Source: the human T2T-CHM13v2.0 reference genome, Homo sapiens
NCBI RefSeq assembly: GCF_009914755.1
Contig: NC_060933.1
Length of the DNA: 64,000 nt
Direction: 5' to 3' (one strand)
The notes below the pieces were generated by a model that searched no databases, had not been told where the DNA came from, and worked only from the letters and a program-made list of their open reading frames with translations. Position numbers and translations under genes: made by a program. This document shows, piece after piece, positions 29,401 to 43,560 of this stretch (within the stretch, counting starts at the first letter, position 1; every line of letters begins with the position of its first letter).

Positions 29401-31300
29401 TTCCATTCCATTCCATTCCATTTCATTCCATTCCATTTCGTTCCATTCCATTCTATTCCGTTCCATTCCATTCCATTCCATTCCATTCCATTCCTTTCCA
29501 TTCTATTCGGGTTAATTCCATTCCATTCCATTCCATTCCATTCCATTCCGTTCCATTCAATTCCATTACATTCGGATTGATTCTTTTTAATTCCCTTACA
29601 CTCCATTACATTCTATTCCATTCGGGTAGTTTCCATACCATTCCATTCCATTCCACTGCATTCTATTGCACTCGGGTTGATTGATTCCATTCCATTGCAT
29701 TCCATTCCATTCCATTCCATTCCGGATGATTCCATTTCATTGCATTCCATTGCATTCCATTCCCCTGTACTCGGGTTGATCCCATTCCATTGCATTCCAT
29801 TCCATTCCATTCCATTCCATTCCATTCCATTCCGTTCCATTCCATTCCCTTCCATTCTGTTCAGGTTAATTCCATTCCATTCCATTCCCTTCCATTCCAT
29901 TCCATTCCATTCCATTCCATTCCATTCCATGCCATTCCACTCGGGTTGATTCCATTCCTTTCCATTCCATTCGAGTTGAACCCATTCCATTCCATTCGAT
30001 TCCATTGCATTCCATTCCATTCCATTCCACTCGGGTTGATTCCATTCCTTTCCATTCCATTCGGGTTGAAAACATTCCATTCCATTCCATTCCTTTCGAT
30101 TCCATTCCATTTCACTCGGGTTGATCCCATTCCATTGCATTCCATTCCATTCCATTGCATTCCATTCCGTTCCATTCCATTCCATTACATTCGTATTGAT
30201 TCTATTCAATTCCCTTACTCTCCATTACATTCCATTCCATTCGGGTTGTTTCCATTCCATTCCATTCCATTCCACTCCATTCCATTGCAATTGGGTTGAT
30301 TCCATTCCATTCCATTGCATTCCATTCCATTCCATTCCATTCCGTATGATTCCAATCCATTGCATTCCATTCCATTCCATTCCCCTGCACTCGGGTGGAT
30401 ACTTTTCTATTCCATTCCATTCCATTCCATTCCACTCCATTCCATTCCATTCTATTCGGGTTAATTTCATTCCATTCCATTCCATTCCCTTCCATTGCAT
30501 TCCATTCCATTCCATTCCATTCCATTGAACTCGAGTTGATTCCATTCCATTCCATTCCATTCCATTCCATTCCATTCCATTCCATTCCATTCCATTCTAT
30601 TCGGGTTAATTCCATTCCATTCCATTCCATTCCATTCCCTTCCATTCCATTCTATTCCATTCCATTCCATTCCATTCCATTCTAGTAGGGTTAATTCCAT
30701 TCCATTCCATTCCATTCCATTCCATTCCATTCCATTCCATTCCATTCCATTGCAATCGAGTTGATTCCCTTCCATTCCATTCCATTCCATTCCATTCCAT
30801 TCAATTCCATTGAACTCGGGTTGATCCCATTCCATTCTATACCATTCCATTTCATTCCATTCCATTCCATTCCATTCCATTCCATTCCTTTCCGTTCTAT
30901 TCAATTACATTCGGATTGATTCTATTCAATTCCCTTACACTCCAATACATTCTATTCCATTCGTGTTGTTTCCATTCTATTCCATTCCATTCCACTCCAT
31001 TCCATTGCACTCTGGTTGATTCCATTCCATTCCCTTCCATTCCGTATGACTCCATTCCATTTCATTCCATTGCATTGCTTTCCCCTGCACTCGAGTTGAT
31101 TACATTCCATTCCATTCCCTTCCTTTCCGTTCCATTCCATTCTATTCGGGTTAATTCCATTCCATTCCATTACATTCCATTCCCTTCCATTCCATTCCAT
31201 TCCATTCCATTCCATTCCATTCCATTCTATTCGGGTTAATTCCATTCCATTCCATTCCATTCCATTCCATTCCATTCCATTCCATTCCATTGCAATCGAG
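21560..31300 (+). repeat. Dispersed direct duplication: ~21560-24540 matches ~28520-31300 (offset ~6.8-6.9 kb)
   Basis: ORFs 21886/28827, 22712/29613, 22776/29677 and 23190/30121 match. Shared gggtagtttccatacc, cccctgtactcgggttgatccc and tttcactcgggttgatccc. Confidence 0.85.
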
Positions 31301-34300
31301 TTGATTCCATTCCATTCCATTCAATTCCATTCCATTCCATTCCGTTCCATTCCATTCCATTACATTCGGATTGATTCTTTTTAATTCCCTTACACTCCAT
31401 TCCATTCCATTCCATTCGGGTACTTTCCATTCCATTCCATTCCATTCCACTGCATTCTATTGCACTCGGGTTCATTGATTACATTCCATTGCATTCCATT
31501 CCATTCCATTCCCCTGCACTCGGGTTGATCCCATTTCATTGCATTCCATTCCATTCCATTCCATTCCATTCCATTCCGTTCCATTCCATTCCATTCCATT
31601 CTGTTCAGGTTAATTCCATTCCATTCCATTCCCTTCCATTCCGTTCCATTCCATTCCATTCCATTCTGTTCAGGTTAATTCCATTCCATTCCATTCCCTT
31701 CCATTCCATTCCATTCCATTCCATCCCATTGCAATCTAGTTGATTCCATTGCATTCCATTCCATTCCATTCCATTCCATTGCATTCCATTCCATTCCATT
31801 CACCTGCACTCAGATTGATTCCATTCCATCCCATTCCATTCCATTCCGTTCCATTCCATTCCATTCCATTCCATTTCGTTCCATTCCATTTTATTCTGTA
31901 CCATTCCATTCAATTCCATTCCATTCCATTCCATTCCATGCCATTCCACTCGGGTTGATTCCATTGCTTTCCATTCCATTTGGGTTGAATCCAATCCATT
32001 CCATTCCATTCCATTCCATTCCATTCCATTCCATTCCATTCCATTGCACTAGGTTTGATTACATTCCACGGCATTCCATTCCATTCCATTCCGTTCCATT
32101 CCATTCCATTACATTCGGATTGATTGTATTCAATTCCCTTACACTCCATTACATTCCATTCCATTCGGGTTGTTTCCTTTCCATTTCATTCCATTCCACT
32201 CCATTCCATTGCACTCAGGTTGATTCCATTCCATTCCATTCCATTCCATTCCATTTCGTTCCATTCCATTCTATTCCGTACCATTCCATTCCATTCCATT
32301 CCATTCCATGCCATTCCACTCAGGTTTATTACATTCCTTTCCATTCCATTCGGATTGAATCCATTCCATTCCATTCCCTTCCATTCCATTCCATTCCATT
32401 CCTTTGCACTCGGGTTGATTCCATTCCATTCCCTGCCATTCCATTTCATTCCATTCCATTCCATTCCATTCCATTCCATTCCATTCCATTCCATTCCATT
32501 CCATTCCGTTCCATTCCATTCCATTACATTCGGATTGATTGTATTCAATTCCCTTAAACTCCATTACATTCCATTCCATTCGGGTTGTTTCCGTTCCATT
32601 ACATTCCATTCCACTCCATTCCATTGCACTCAGGTTGATTGCATTCCATTCCATTTCGTTCCATTCCATTCTATTCCGTACTATTCCATTCCATTCCATT
32701 CCATTCCATGCCATTCCACTCGGGTTGATTCCATTCCTTTCCATTCCATTCGGGTTGAATCCATTCCATTCCATTCCATTGCATTCCGTTCCATTCCATT
32801 CCCCTGCAATCGGGTGGATTCCATTCTATTCCATTCCATTCCATTCATTCCATTCCATTCCATTCCATTTCGTTCCATTCCATTCTATTCCGTACCTTTC
32901 CATTCCATTCCATTCCATTCCATTCCATTCCATACCATGCCATTCCACTCGGGTTGATTCCATTCCTTTCCATTCCATTCTAGTTGAATCCATTCCATTG
33001 CATTCCATTCCATTCGATTCCATTCAATTGCACACGGGTTCATTCCATTCCATTCCATTCCATTCCATTCCATTCCGTTCCATTCCATTCCATTTCGTTC
33101 CATTCCATTCTATTCCGTACCATTCCCTTCCATTCCATTCCATTCCACTCCGTTCCACGCCATTCCACTCGGGTTTATTCCATTCCTTTCCATTCCATTC
33201 GGGTTGAATCCATTCCATTCCATTCCATTCCATTCCATTCCATTCCATTCCATGCCATTCCACTCGGGTTGATTCCATTCCTTTCCATTCCATTCGAGTT
33301 GAACAAATTCCATTCCATTCCATTCCATTCCATTCCATTCCATTGCTCACGGGTTCATTCCATTCCATTCCATTCCATTCCATTCCATTCCATTTCGTTC
33401 CATTCCATTCTACTCCGTACGATTCCATTCCATTCCATTCCCTTCCATGCCATTTCACTCGGGATTATTCCTTTCCTTTCCATTCCATTCGGGTTGAATC
33501 CATTCCATTCCATTCCTTTGCATTCCATTCCATTCCTTTCCCCTGTAATCGGGTGGATTCCATTCTATTCCATTCCATTCCATTCCATTCCATTCCATCC
33601 CATTCCATTCCATTTCGTTCCTTTCCATTCTATTCCGTACCTTTCCATTCCATTCCATTCCATTCCATTCCATGCCATTCCACTCGGGTTGATTCCATTG
33701 CTTTCCATTCCATTTGGGTTGAATTTAATCCATTCCATTCCATTCCATTCCATTCCATTCCATTCCATTGCACTAGGTTTGATTCCATTTCACTGCATTC
33801 CATTCCATTCCATTCCATTACATTCCATTCCACTCGGGTTGATTCCATTCCTTTCCATTCCATTCGTGTTGAATCCATTCCATTCCATTCCATTACTTTC
33901 GATTCCATTCCATTGCACTCGGGTTGAACCCATTCCATTGGATTCCATTCCATTCCATTGCATTCCATTCCGTTCCATTCCATTCCATTACATTCGTATT
34001 GATTCTATTCAATTCCCTTACACTCCATTCCATTCCATTCCATTCCATTCGGGTTGTTTCCATTCCATTCCATTCCATTCCACTCCATTCCATTGCAATC
34101 GGGTTGATTCCATTCCATTCCATTCCATTCCATTCCATTCCGTATGATTCCATTCCAATGCATTCCATTCCATTCCATTCCCCTGCACTCGGGTGGATTC
34201 CATTCTATTCCATTCCATTCCATTCCACTCTATTCCATTCCATTCCATTCCATTCCATTCCATTCCATTCCATTCTATTCGGGTTAATTTCATTCCATTC

Positions 34301-34444
34301 CATTCCATTCCATTCCATTCCATTCCATTGAAATCGAGTTGATTCCATTTCATTCCATTCCATTCCTTTCCATTCCATTCCATTCCATTGCATTCTATTC
34401 CGGTTAATTCCATTCCATTCCATTCCATTCCATTCCCTTCCATT

Positions 34445-34855
34445 CCATTCCATTCCATTCTATTAGGGTTAATTCCATTCCATTCCATTCCATTACATTC
34501 CATTGCAATCGAGTTGATTCCATTCCATTCCATTCCATTCCATTCCATTCAATTCCGGATGATTGCATTCCATTGCCTTCCATTCCATTCCATTCACCTG
34601 CACTCGGGTTGATTCCATTCCATTCCTTTCCATTCCATTCCATTCCATTCCATTCCATTCCATTCTATTAGGGTTAATTCCATTCCATTCCATTCCATTA
34701 CATTCCATTGCAATCGAGTTGATTCCATTCCATTCCATTCCATTCCATTCAATTCCGGATGATTGCATTCCATTGCCTTCCATTCCATTCCATTCACCTG
34801 CACTCGGGTTGATTCCATTCCATTCCTTTCCATTCCATTCCATTCCATTCCATTC
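34445..34855 (+). repeat. ~200-205 bp tandem duplication
   Basis: tattagggtt at 34461/34666, gattgcattc at 34561/34761, and cattcacctgcac twice. Confidence 0.88.
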
Positions 34856-37139
34856 CATTTCGTTTCATTCCGTTCTATTCCGTACCATTCCATTCCATTC
34901 CATTCCATTTCATTCCATTCCATTCCATGCCATTCCACTCGGGTTGATTCCATTCCTTTCCATTCCATTCGACTTGAATCCATTCCATTCCATTCCATTC
35001 CATTCGATTCCATTCCATTGCACACGGGTTCATTCCATTCCATTCCATTCCTTTCCATTCCATTCCATTGCATACGGGTTCATTCCATTCCATTCCATTC
35101 CATTCCATTACATTCCATTTCGTTCCATTCCATTCTATTCCGTACCATTCCATTCCATTCCATTCCATTCCATTCCATTCCATTCCACTCCGTTCCATGC
35201 CATTCCACTCGGGTTTATTCCATTCCTTTCCATTCCATTCGGGTTGAATCCATTCCATTCCATTCCATTCCATTCCATTCAATTCCATTACATAGCACTC
35301 GGGTTGATTCCATTGCATTCCATTCCATTCCATTGCATTCCATTCCATTCCATTCCATTCCATTGCATTCCATTCCATGCCATTCCACTCGGGTTGATTC
35401 CATTCCTTTCCATTCCATTCGAGTTGAACCCATTCCATTCCATTCCATTCCATTCCATTCCATTGCAATCGAATTGATTCCATTCCATTCCATTCCATTC
35501 CATTCTATTCCATTCCATTCCATTGCACTAGGTTTGATTCCATTCCACTACATTCCATTCCATTCCATTCCATTCCATTCCGTTCCATTCCATTCCATTA
35601 CATTCGGTTTGATTGTATTCAATTCCCTTACACTCCATTTCATTCCATTCCATTCAGGTTGTTTCCATTCCATTCCAATCCATTCCACTCCATTCCATTG
35701 CACTCGGGTTGATTGCATTCCATTCCATTCCATTCTACTCCATTTCGTTCCATTCCATTCTATTCGGTAGCATTCCATTCCATTCCATTCCAATCCATTC
35801 CATTCCATGCCATTCCACTTGGGTTGATTCCCTTCCTTTCCATTCCATTCGGGTTGAATCCATTCCATTCCATTCCATTCCATTCCATTCCTTTCAATTC
35901 CATTGCACACGGGTTGGTTCCATTCCATTCCTTTCCGTTCCATTCCGGATGACTCCATTCCATTGCATTCCATTCCATTCCATTCCCCTGCACTCGGGTT
36001 CATTACCTTCCATTCCATTTACTTCCATTCCATTCCATTCCATTCTATTCCGGTTAATTCCATTCCATTCCATTGCATTCCATTGCATTGCATTCCATTC
36101 CATTCCATTCCATGCCATTCCATTCCATTCCATTGCAATCGAGTTGATTCCATTCCATTCCATTCAATTCCGGATGATTCCATTCCATTGCCTTCAATTC
36201 CATTCCATTCCCCTGCACTCGGTTTGATTCCATTCCATTCCATTCCATTCCATTCCATTTCGTTCCATTCCATTCTATTCCGTACCATTCCATTCTATTC
36301 CATTCCATTCCATTCCACTCCACTCCATGCCATTCCACTCGGGTTTATTCCATTCCTTTCCATTCCATTCGGGTTGAATCCATTCCATTCCATTCCATTC
36401 CATTCGATTCCATTACATTGCACTCGGGTTGATTCCATTGCATTCCAATCCATTACATTCCATTGCATTCCATTCCATTCCATTCCACTGCACTCAGGTT
36501 GATTCCATTCGATTCCTTTCCATTCCATTCCATTCGGGTTGTTTCCATTCCATTCCATTGCATTCCATTCCATTCCATTCCATTCCGTATGATTCCATTC
36601 CATTGCATTCCATTCCATTCCATTCCCCTGCACTCGGTTGGATTACATTCTATTCCATTCCATTCCATTCCATTCCATTCCATTCCATTCTATTCGGGTT
36701 AATTTCATTCCATTCCATTCCATTCCCTTCCATTCCATTCCATTCCATTCCATTCCATTGAAATCGAGTTGATTCCATTCCATTCCATTCCATTCCATTC
36801 CATTCCATTCTATTCGGGTTAATTCCATTCCATTCCATTCCATTCCATTCCCTTCTATTCCATTCCATTCCATTCCATTCCATTCTATTAGGGTTAATTC
36901 CATTCCATTCCATTCCATTCCATTCCATTCCATTCCATTCCACTCCATTCCATACCATTCCACTCGGGTTTATTCCATTCCTTTCCATTCCATTTGGGTT
37001 GAATCCATTCCATTCCATTCCATTCCATTCCATTCCATTCCATTCCATGCCATTGCACTCGGGTTGATTCCATTCCTTTCCATTCCATTCGAATTGAACC
37101 CATTCCATTCCATTCCATTCCATTCCATTCCATTCCATT

Positions 37140-37530
37140 CCATTGCTCACGGGTTCATTCCATTCCATTCCATTCCATTCCATTCCATGCCATTTCGTTC
37201 CATTCCATTCTACTCCGTACCATTCCATTCCATTCCATTCCCTTCCATGCCATTTCACTCGGGTTTATTCCATTCCTTTCCATTCCATTCGGGTTGAATC
37301 CATTCCATTCCATTCCATTCCATTCCATTCCATTCCATTGCTCACGGGTTCATTCCATTCCATTCCATTCCATTCCATTCCATTCCATTTCGTTCCATTC
37401 CATTCTACTCCGTACCATTCCATTCCATTCCATTCCCTTCCTTGCCATTTCACTCGGGTTTATTCCATTCCTTTCCATTCCATTCGGGTTGAATCCATTC
37501 CATTCCATTCCATTCCATTCCATTCCATTC
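37140..37530 (+). repeat. ~195 bp tandem duplication
   Basis: cattgctcacggg at 37141/37336; tactccgtac and catttcactcgggttta each occur twice. Confidence 0.85.
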
Positions 37531-37719
37531 CATTGCGCTCGGGTTGATTCCATTCCATTCTATGCCATTCCATTTCATTCCATTCCATTCCATTCCATTC
37601 CATTCCTTTCCTTTCAATTCCATTCCATTACATTCGGATTGATTCTTTTTAATTCCCTTACACTCCATTCCATTCCATTCCATTCGGGTACTTTCCATTC
37701 CATTCCATTCCATTCCACT

Positions 37720-40700
37720 GCATTCTATTGCACTCGCGTTAATTGATTCCATTCCATTGCATTCCATTCCATTCCATTCCATTCCATTCCATACCATTCC
37801 ATTCCATTCTGTTCAGGTTAATTCCATTCCATTCCATTCCCTTCCATTCCATTCCATTCCATTCCATCCCATTGCAATCGAGGTGATTCCATTGCATTCC
37901 ATTCCATTCCATTCCATTGCACTCCATTCCATTCCATTCCCCTGCACTCAGATTGATTCCATTCCATTCCTTTCCATTCCATTCCTTTCCATTCCTTTCC
38001 ATTCCATTCTATTTGCGTTAATTCCGTTCCATTCCATTCCATTACATTCCTTTGCAATCGAGTTGATTCCATTCCATTCCGTTCCATTCCATTCCATTCC
38101 ATTCCATTCCATGCCATTCCACTCGGGTTGATTCCATTCCTTTCCATTCCATTCGAGTTGAATCCATTCCATTCCATTCCATTCCATTCGATTCCATTCC
38201 ATTGCTCACGTGTTCATTCCATTCCATTCCATTCCATTCCATTCCATTTCGTTCCATTCCATTCTCTTCCGTAGTATTCCATTCCATTCCATTCCAATCC
38301 ATTCCATGCCATTCCACTCGGGTTTATTCCATTCCTTTCCATTCCATCCGGGTTGAATTCATTCCATTCCATTCCATTCCATTCCATTCAATTCCATTAC
38401 ATTGCACTCGGGTTGATTCCATTCCATTCCATTCCATTTCAATCCATTCCCTTCCATTCCATTTCATTCCATTCCATTCCATTCCATTCCATTCCATTCC
38501 TTTCCATTCCATTCCATGCCATTCCACTCGGGTTGATTCCATTCCTTTCCATTCCATTCTAGTTGAACCCATTCCATTCCATTCCATTCCATTCCATTCC
38601 ATTCCATTCCATTCCATTCCATTGCACACGGGTTCATTCCATTCCATTCCATTCCATTCCATTCCATTCCATTCCATTCCATTCCATTTCGTTCCATTCC
38701 ATTCTATTCCTTACCATTCCATTCCATTCCATTCCCTTCCATGCCATTTCACTCGGGTTTATTCCATTCCTTTCCATTCCATTCGGGTTGAATCCATTCC
38801 ATTCCATTCCATTCCATTCCATTGAACTCAGGTTGATTCCATTCCATTCCATGCCATTCCATTTCATTCCATTCCATTCCATTCCATTCCATTCCATTCC
38901 ATTCCATTCCGTTCCCTTCCATTCCATTACATTCGGATTGATTCTTTTTAATTCCCTTACACTCCATTACATTCCTTTCCATTCGGGTACTTTCCATTCC
39001 ATTCCATTCCATTCCACTGCATTCTATTGCACTCGGGTTGATTGATTCCATTCCATTGCATTCCATTCCATTCCATTCCCCTGCACTCGGGTTGATCCCA
39101 TTCCATTGCATTCCATTCCATTCCATTCCATTCCATTCCGTTCCATTCTATTCCATTCCATTCTCTTCAGCTTAATTCCATTCCTTTCCATTCCCTTCCA
39201 TTCCGTTCCATTCCATTCCATTCCATTCTGTTCAGGTTAATTCCATTCCATTACATTCCCTTCCATTCCATTACATTCCATTCCATCCCATTGCAATCTA
39301 GTTGATTCCATTGCATTCCATTCCATTCCGTTCCATTCTATTCCATTCCATTCTCTTCAGCTTAATTCCATTCCTTTCCATTCCCTTCCATTCCGTTCCA
39401 TTCCATTCCATTCCATTCTGTTCAGGTTAATTCCATTCCATTACATTCCCTTCCATTCCATTACATTCCATTCCATCCCATTGCAATCTAGTTGATTCCA
39501 TTGCATTCCATTCCATTCCATTCCATTCCATTGCATTCCATTCCATTCCATTCCCCTGAACTCAGATTGATTCCATTCCATCCCATTCCATTCCATTCCG
39601 TTCCATTACATTCCATTCCATTCTATTCGCGTTAATTCCATTCCATTCCATTCCATTACATTCCATTGCAATCGAGTTGATTCCATTCCATTCCGTTCCA
39701 TTCCATTCCATTCCATTCCATTTCATTCCATTCCATTCTATTCTGTACCATTCCATTCCATTCCATTCCATTCCATTCCATTCCATGCCATTCCACTCGG
39801 GTTGATTCCATTGCTTTCCATTCCATTTGGGTTGGATCCAATCCATTCCATTCCATTCCATTCTATTCCATTCCATTTCATTCCATTCCATTCCATTCCA
39901 TTCCATTGCACTAGGTTTGATTCCATTCCACTGCATTCCATTCCATTCCATTCCGTTCCATTCCATTCCATTACATTCGGATTGATTGTATTCAATTCCC
40001 TTACACTCCATTACATTCCATTCCATTCGGGTTGTTTCCATTCCATTACATTCCATTCCACTCCATTCCATTGCACTCAGGTTGATTCCATTCCATTCCA
40101 TTCCATTCCATTCCATTACTTTCCATTCCATTCTATTCCGTACCATTCCATTCCATTCCATTCCATTCCATTCCATGCGATTCCACTCAGGTTTATTCCA
40201 TTCCTTTCCATTCCATTCGGGTTGAATCCATTCCATTCCATTCCATTCCATTCCTTTCCATTCCATTCCTTTGCACTCGGGTTGATTCCATTCCATTCCC
40301 TGCCATTCCATTTCATTCCATTCCATTCCATTCCATTCCATTCCATTCCATTCCATTCCATTCCACTGCATTCTATTGCACTCTGGTTGATTGATTCCAT
40401 TCCATTGCATTCCATTCCATTCCATTCCATTCCATTCCATTCTGTTCAGGTTAATTCCATTCCATTCCATTCCCTTCCATTCCATTCCATTCCATTCCAT
40501 CCCATTGCAAACGAGGTGATTCCATTGCATTCCATTCCATTCCATTCCATTGCATTCCATTCCATTGCATTCCCCTGCACTCAGATTGATTCCATTCCAT
40601 TTCTTTCCATTCCATTCCGTTCCATTCCTTTCCATTCCATTCTAATTGCGTTAATTCCGTTCCATTCCATTCCATTACATTCCTTTGCAATCGAGTTGAT

Positions 40701-41234
40701 TCCATTCCATTCCGTTCCATTCCATTCCATTCCATTCCATGCCATTCCACTCGGGTTGATTCCATTCCTTTCCATTCCATTCGAGTTGAATCCATTCCAT
40801 TCCATTCTATTCCATTCGATTCCATTCAATTGCTCACGTGTTCATTCCATTCCATTCCATTCCATTCCATTCCATTCCATTTCGTTCCATTCCATTCTCT
40901 TCCGTAGTATTCCATTCCATTCCATTCCACTCCATTCCATGCCATTCCACTCGGGTTTATTCCATTCATTTCCATTCCATTCGGGTTGAATTCATTCCAT
41001 TGCATTCCATTCAATTCCATTCAATTCCATTACATTGCACTCGGGTTGATTCCATTCCATTCCATTCCATTTCAATCCATTCCCTTCCATTCCATTTCAT
41101 TCCATTGCTTTCCATTCCATTCCATTCCATTCCATTCCATGCCATTCCACTCGGGTTGATTCCATTCCTTTCCATTCCATTCTAGTTGAACCCATTCCAT
41201 TCCATTCCATTCCATTCCATTCCATTGCACACGG
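37720..41234 (+). repeat. Direct duplication: ~37720-38632 matches ~40370-41234 (offset ~2.6 kb), second copy truncated by the inversion junction
   Basis: Shared gaggtgattcc, tgcgttaattccgtt, cctttgcaatcg, gctcacgtgttc, ctcttccgtagtatt and ctagttgaaccc. The first copy continues gcacacgggttca; the second stops at gcacacgg. Confidence 0.88.
39126..39510 (+). repeat. 190 bp near-perfect tandem duplication
   Basis: ttctcttcagcttaa at 39161/39351 and ttgcaatctagttg at 39291/39481. Confidence 0.9.
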
Positions 41235-43141
41235 AATGGAATGGAATGGAAACAACCCGAATGGAATGGAATGTAATGTAGTGTAAGGGAATTGAATACA
41301 ATCAATCCGAATGTAATGGAATGGAATGGAACGGAATGGAATGGAATGGAATGCAACGGAATGGAATCAAACCTAGTGCAATGGAATGGAATGGAATGGA
41401 ATGGAATGGAATGGAATGGAATGGATTGGATTCAACCCAAATGGAATGGAAAGCAATGGAATCAACCCGAGTGGAATGGCATGGAATGGAATGGAATGGA
41501 ATGGAATGGAATGGAATGGAATGGAGTGGAATTGTACAGAATAGAATGGAATGGAACGAAATGGAATGGAATGGAATGGAATGGAACGGAATGGAATGGA
41601 ATCAACTCGATTGCAATGGAATGTAATGGAATGGAATGGAATGGAATTAACGCGAATAGAATGGAATGGAATGTAATGGAACGGAATGGAATGGAATGGG
41701 ATGGAATGGAATCAATCTGAGTGCAGGGGAATGGAATGGAATGGAATGGAATGCAATGGAATGGAATGGAATGGAATGGAGTGGAATGCAATGGAATCAA
41801 CTAGATTGCAATGGTATGGAATGGAATGGAATGGAATGGAATGGAATGCAATGGAATTAACCTGAACAGAATGGAATGGAATGGAATGGAACGGAATGGA
41901 ATGGAATGCAATGGAATGGGATCAACCCGAGTGCAGGGGAATGGAATGGAATGGAATGCAATCTAAAGGAATCAATCAACCCGAGTGCAATAGAATGCAG
42001 TGGAATGGAATGGAATGGAATGGAAAGTACCCGAATGGAATGGAATGTAATGGAGTGTAAGGGAATTAAAAAGAATCAATCCGAATGTAATGGAATGGAA
42101 TTGAAAGGAAAGGAATGGAAAGATATGGAATGGAATGGAACGGAATGAAATGGAATGGCATAGAATGGGATGGAATCAACCCGAGCGCAATGGAATGGAA
42201 TGGAATGGAATGGAATGGAATGGATTCAACCCGAATGGAATGGAAAGGAATGGAATAAACCCGAGTGAAAAGGCATGGAAGGGAATGGAATGGAATGGAA
42301 TGGTACGGAGTAGAATGGAATGGAACGAAATGGAATGGAATGGAATGGAATGGAATGGAATGAACCCGTGAGCAATGGAATGGAATGGAATGGAATGGAA
42401 GGGAATGGAATGGGTTCAATTCGAATGGAATGGAAAGGAATGGAATCAACCCGAGTGCAATGGCATGGAATGGAATGGAATGGAATGGAATGGAATGGAA
42501 TGGAATGGTATGGAATGGAACGGAATGCTACGGAATAGAATGGAATGGAACGAATTGTAATGGAATGGAATTGAATGGAATGGAATGGAATGGAATGGAA
42601 TGGAATCAACCCGACTGCAGGGGAATGGAATGGAATGGAATGCAATGGAATGGATTCAACTTGAATGGAATGGAAAGAATGGAATCAACACGAGTGGAAT
42701 GGCATGAATTGGAATGGAATGGAATGGAATCAACCCGAGTACAGGGGAATGGAATGGAATGGAATGCAATGGAATGGAATCATCCGTAATGAAATGGAAA
42801 GGAATGGAATGGAATGGAATGGAATGGAATGGAATGGAATCAACTCGATTGCAATCGAATGGAATGGAATGGAATTAACCCGAATAGAATGGAATGGAAT
42901 GGAATGGAACGGAACGGAACGGAACGGAATGGAATGGAATGGAATGGAATGGAACGGAAAGGAATGCAATGAAATGGAATGGAATGGAATGGAATGGAAT
43001 CAAAGCGAGTGCAGGGGAATGGAATGGAATGGAATGCAATGGAATGGAATCTTCCGGAATGGAACGGAATGGAATGGAATGGAATGGAATAAACCCGAGT
43101 GCAATGGAATGGAGTGGAATGGAATGGAATGGAATGGAACA

Positions 43142-43560
43142 ACCCGAATGGAATGGAATGTAATGGAGAGTAAGGGAGTTGAATAGAATCAATCCGAATG
43201 TAATGGAATGGAATGGAACGGAATGGAATTGAATGGAATGGAATGGAATGCAATGGAATGGAATCAACCCGAGTTCAATGGAATGGAGAGGAATGGAATG
43301 GAATGGAATGGAAACTACCCGAATGGAATGGAATGTAATGGAGAGTAAGGGAGTTGAATAGAATCAATCCGAATGTAATGGAATGGAATGGAACGGAATG
43401 GAATTGAATGGAATGGAATGGAATGCAATGGAATGGAATCAACCCGAGTTCAATGGAATGGAGAGGAATGGAATGGAATGGAATGGAAACTACCCGAATG
43501 GAATGGAATGTAATGGAGTGTAAGGGAATTGAATAGAATCAATCCGAATGTAATGGAATG
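43142..43560 (+). repeat. 175 bp tandem duplication (2 copies plus a partial third)
   Basis: acccgaatgg at 43142, 43317 and 43492. gagttcaatgg and gagagg...aaactaccc occur twice. Confidence 0.9.

Larger units (their letters stand above)
1..41234 (+). repeat. Satellite III (HSat3) array, C-rich (CATTC)n on + strand
   Basis: Continuous CCATT pentamers with recurrent spacers (gcactcgggttga, gcacacgggttca, gcaatcgagttga, ccggatgattcc, ctattccgtacc). ACTCGGGTTG is the reverse complement of the known SatIII spacer CAACCCGAGT. Confidence 0.97.
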
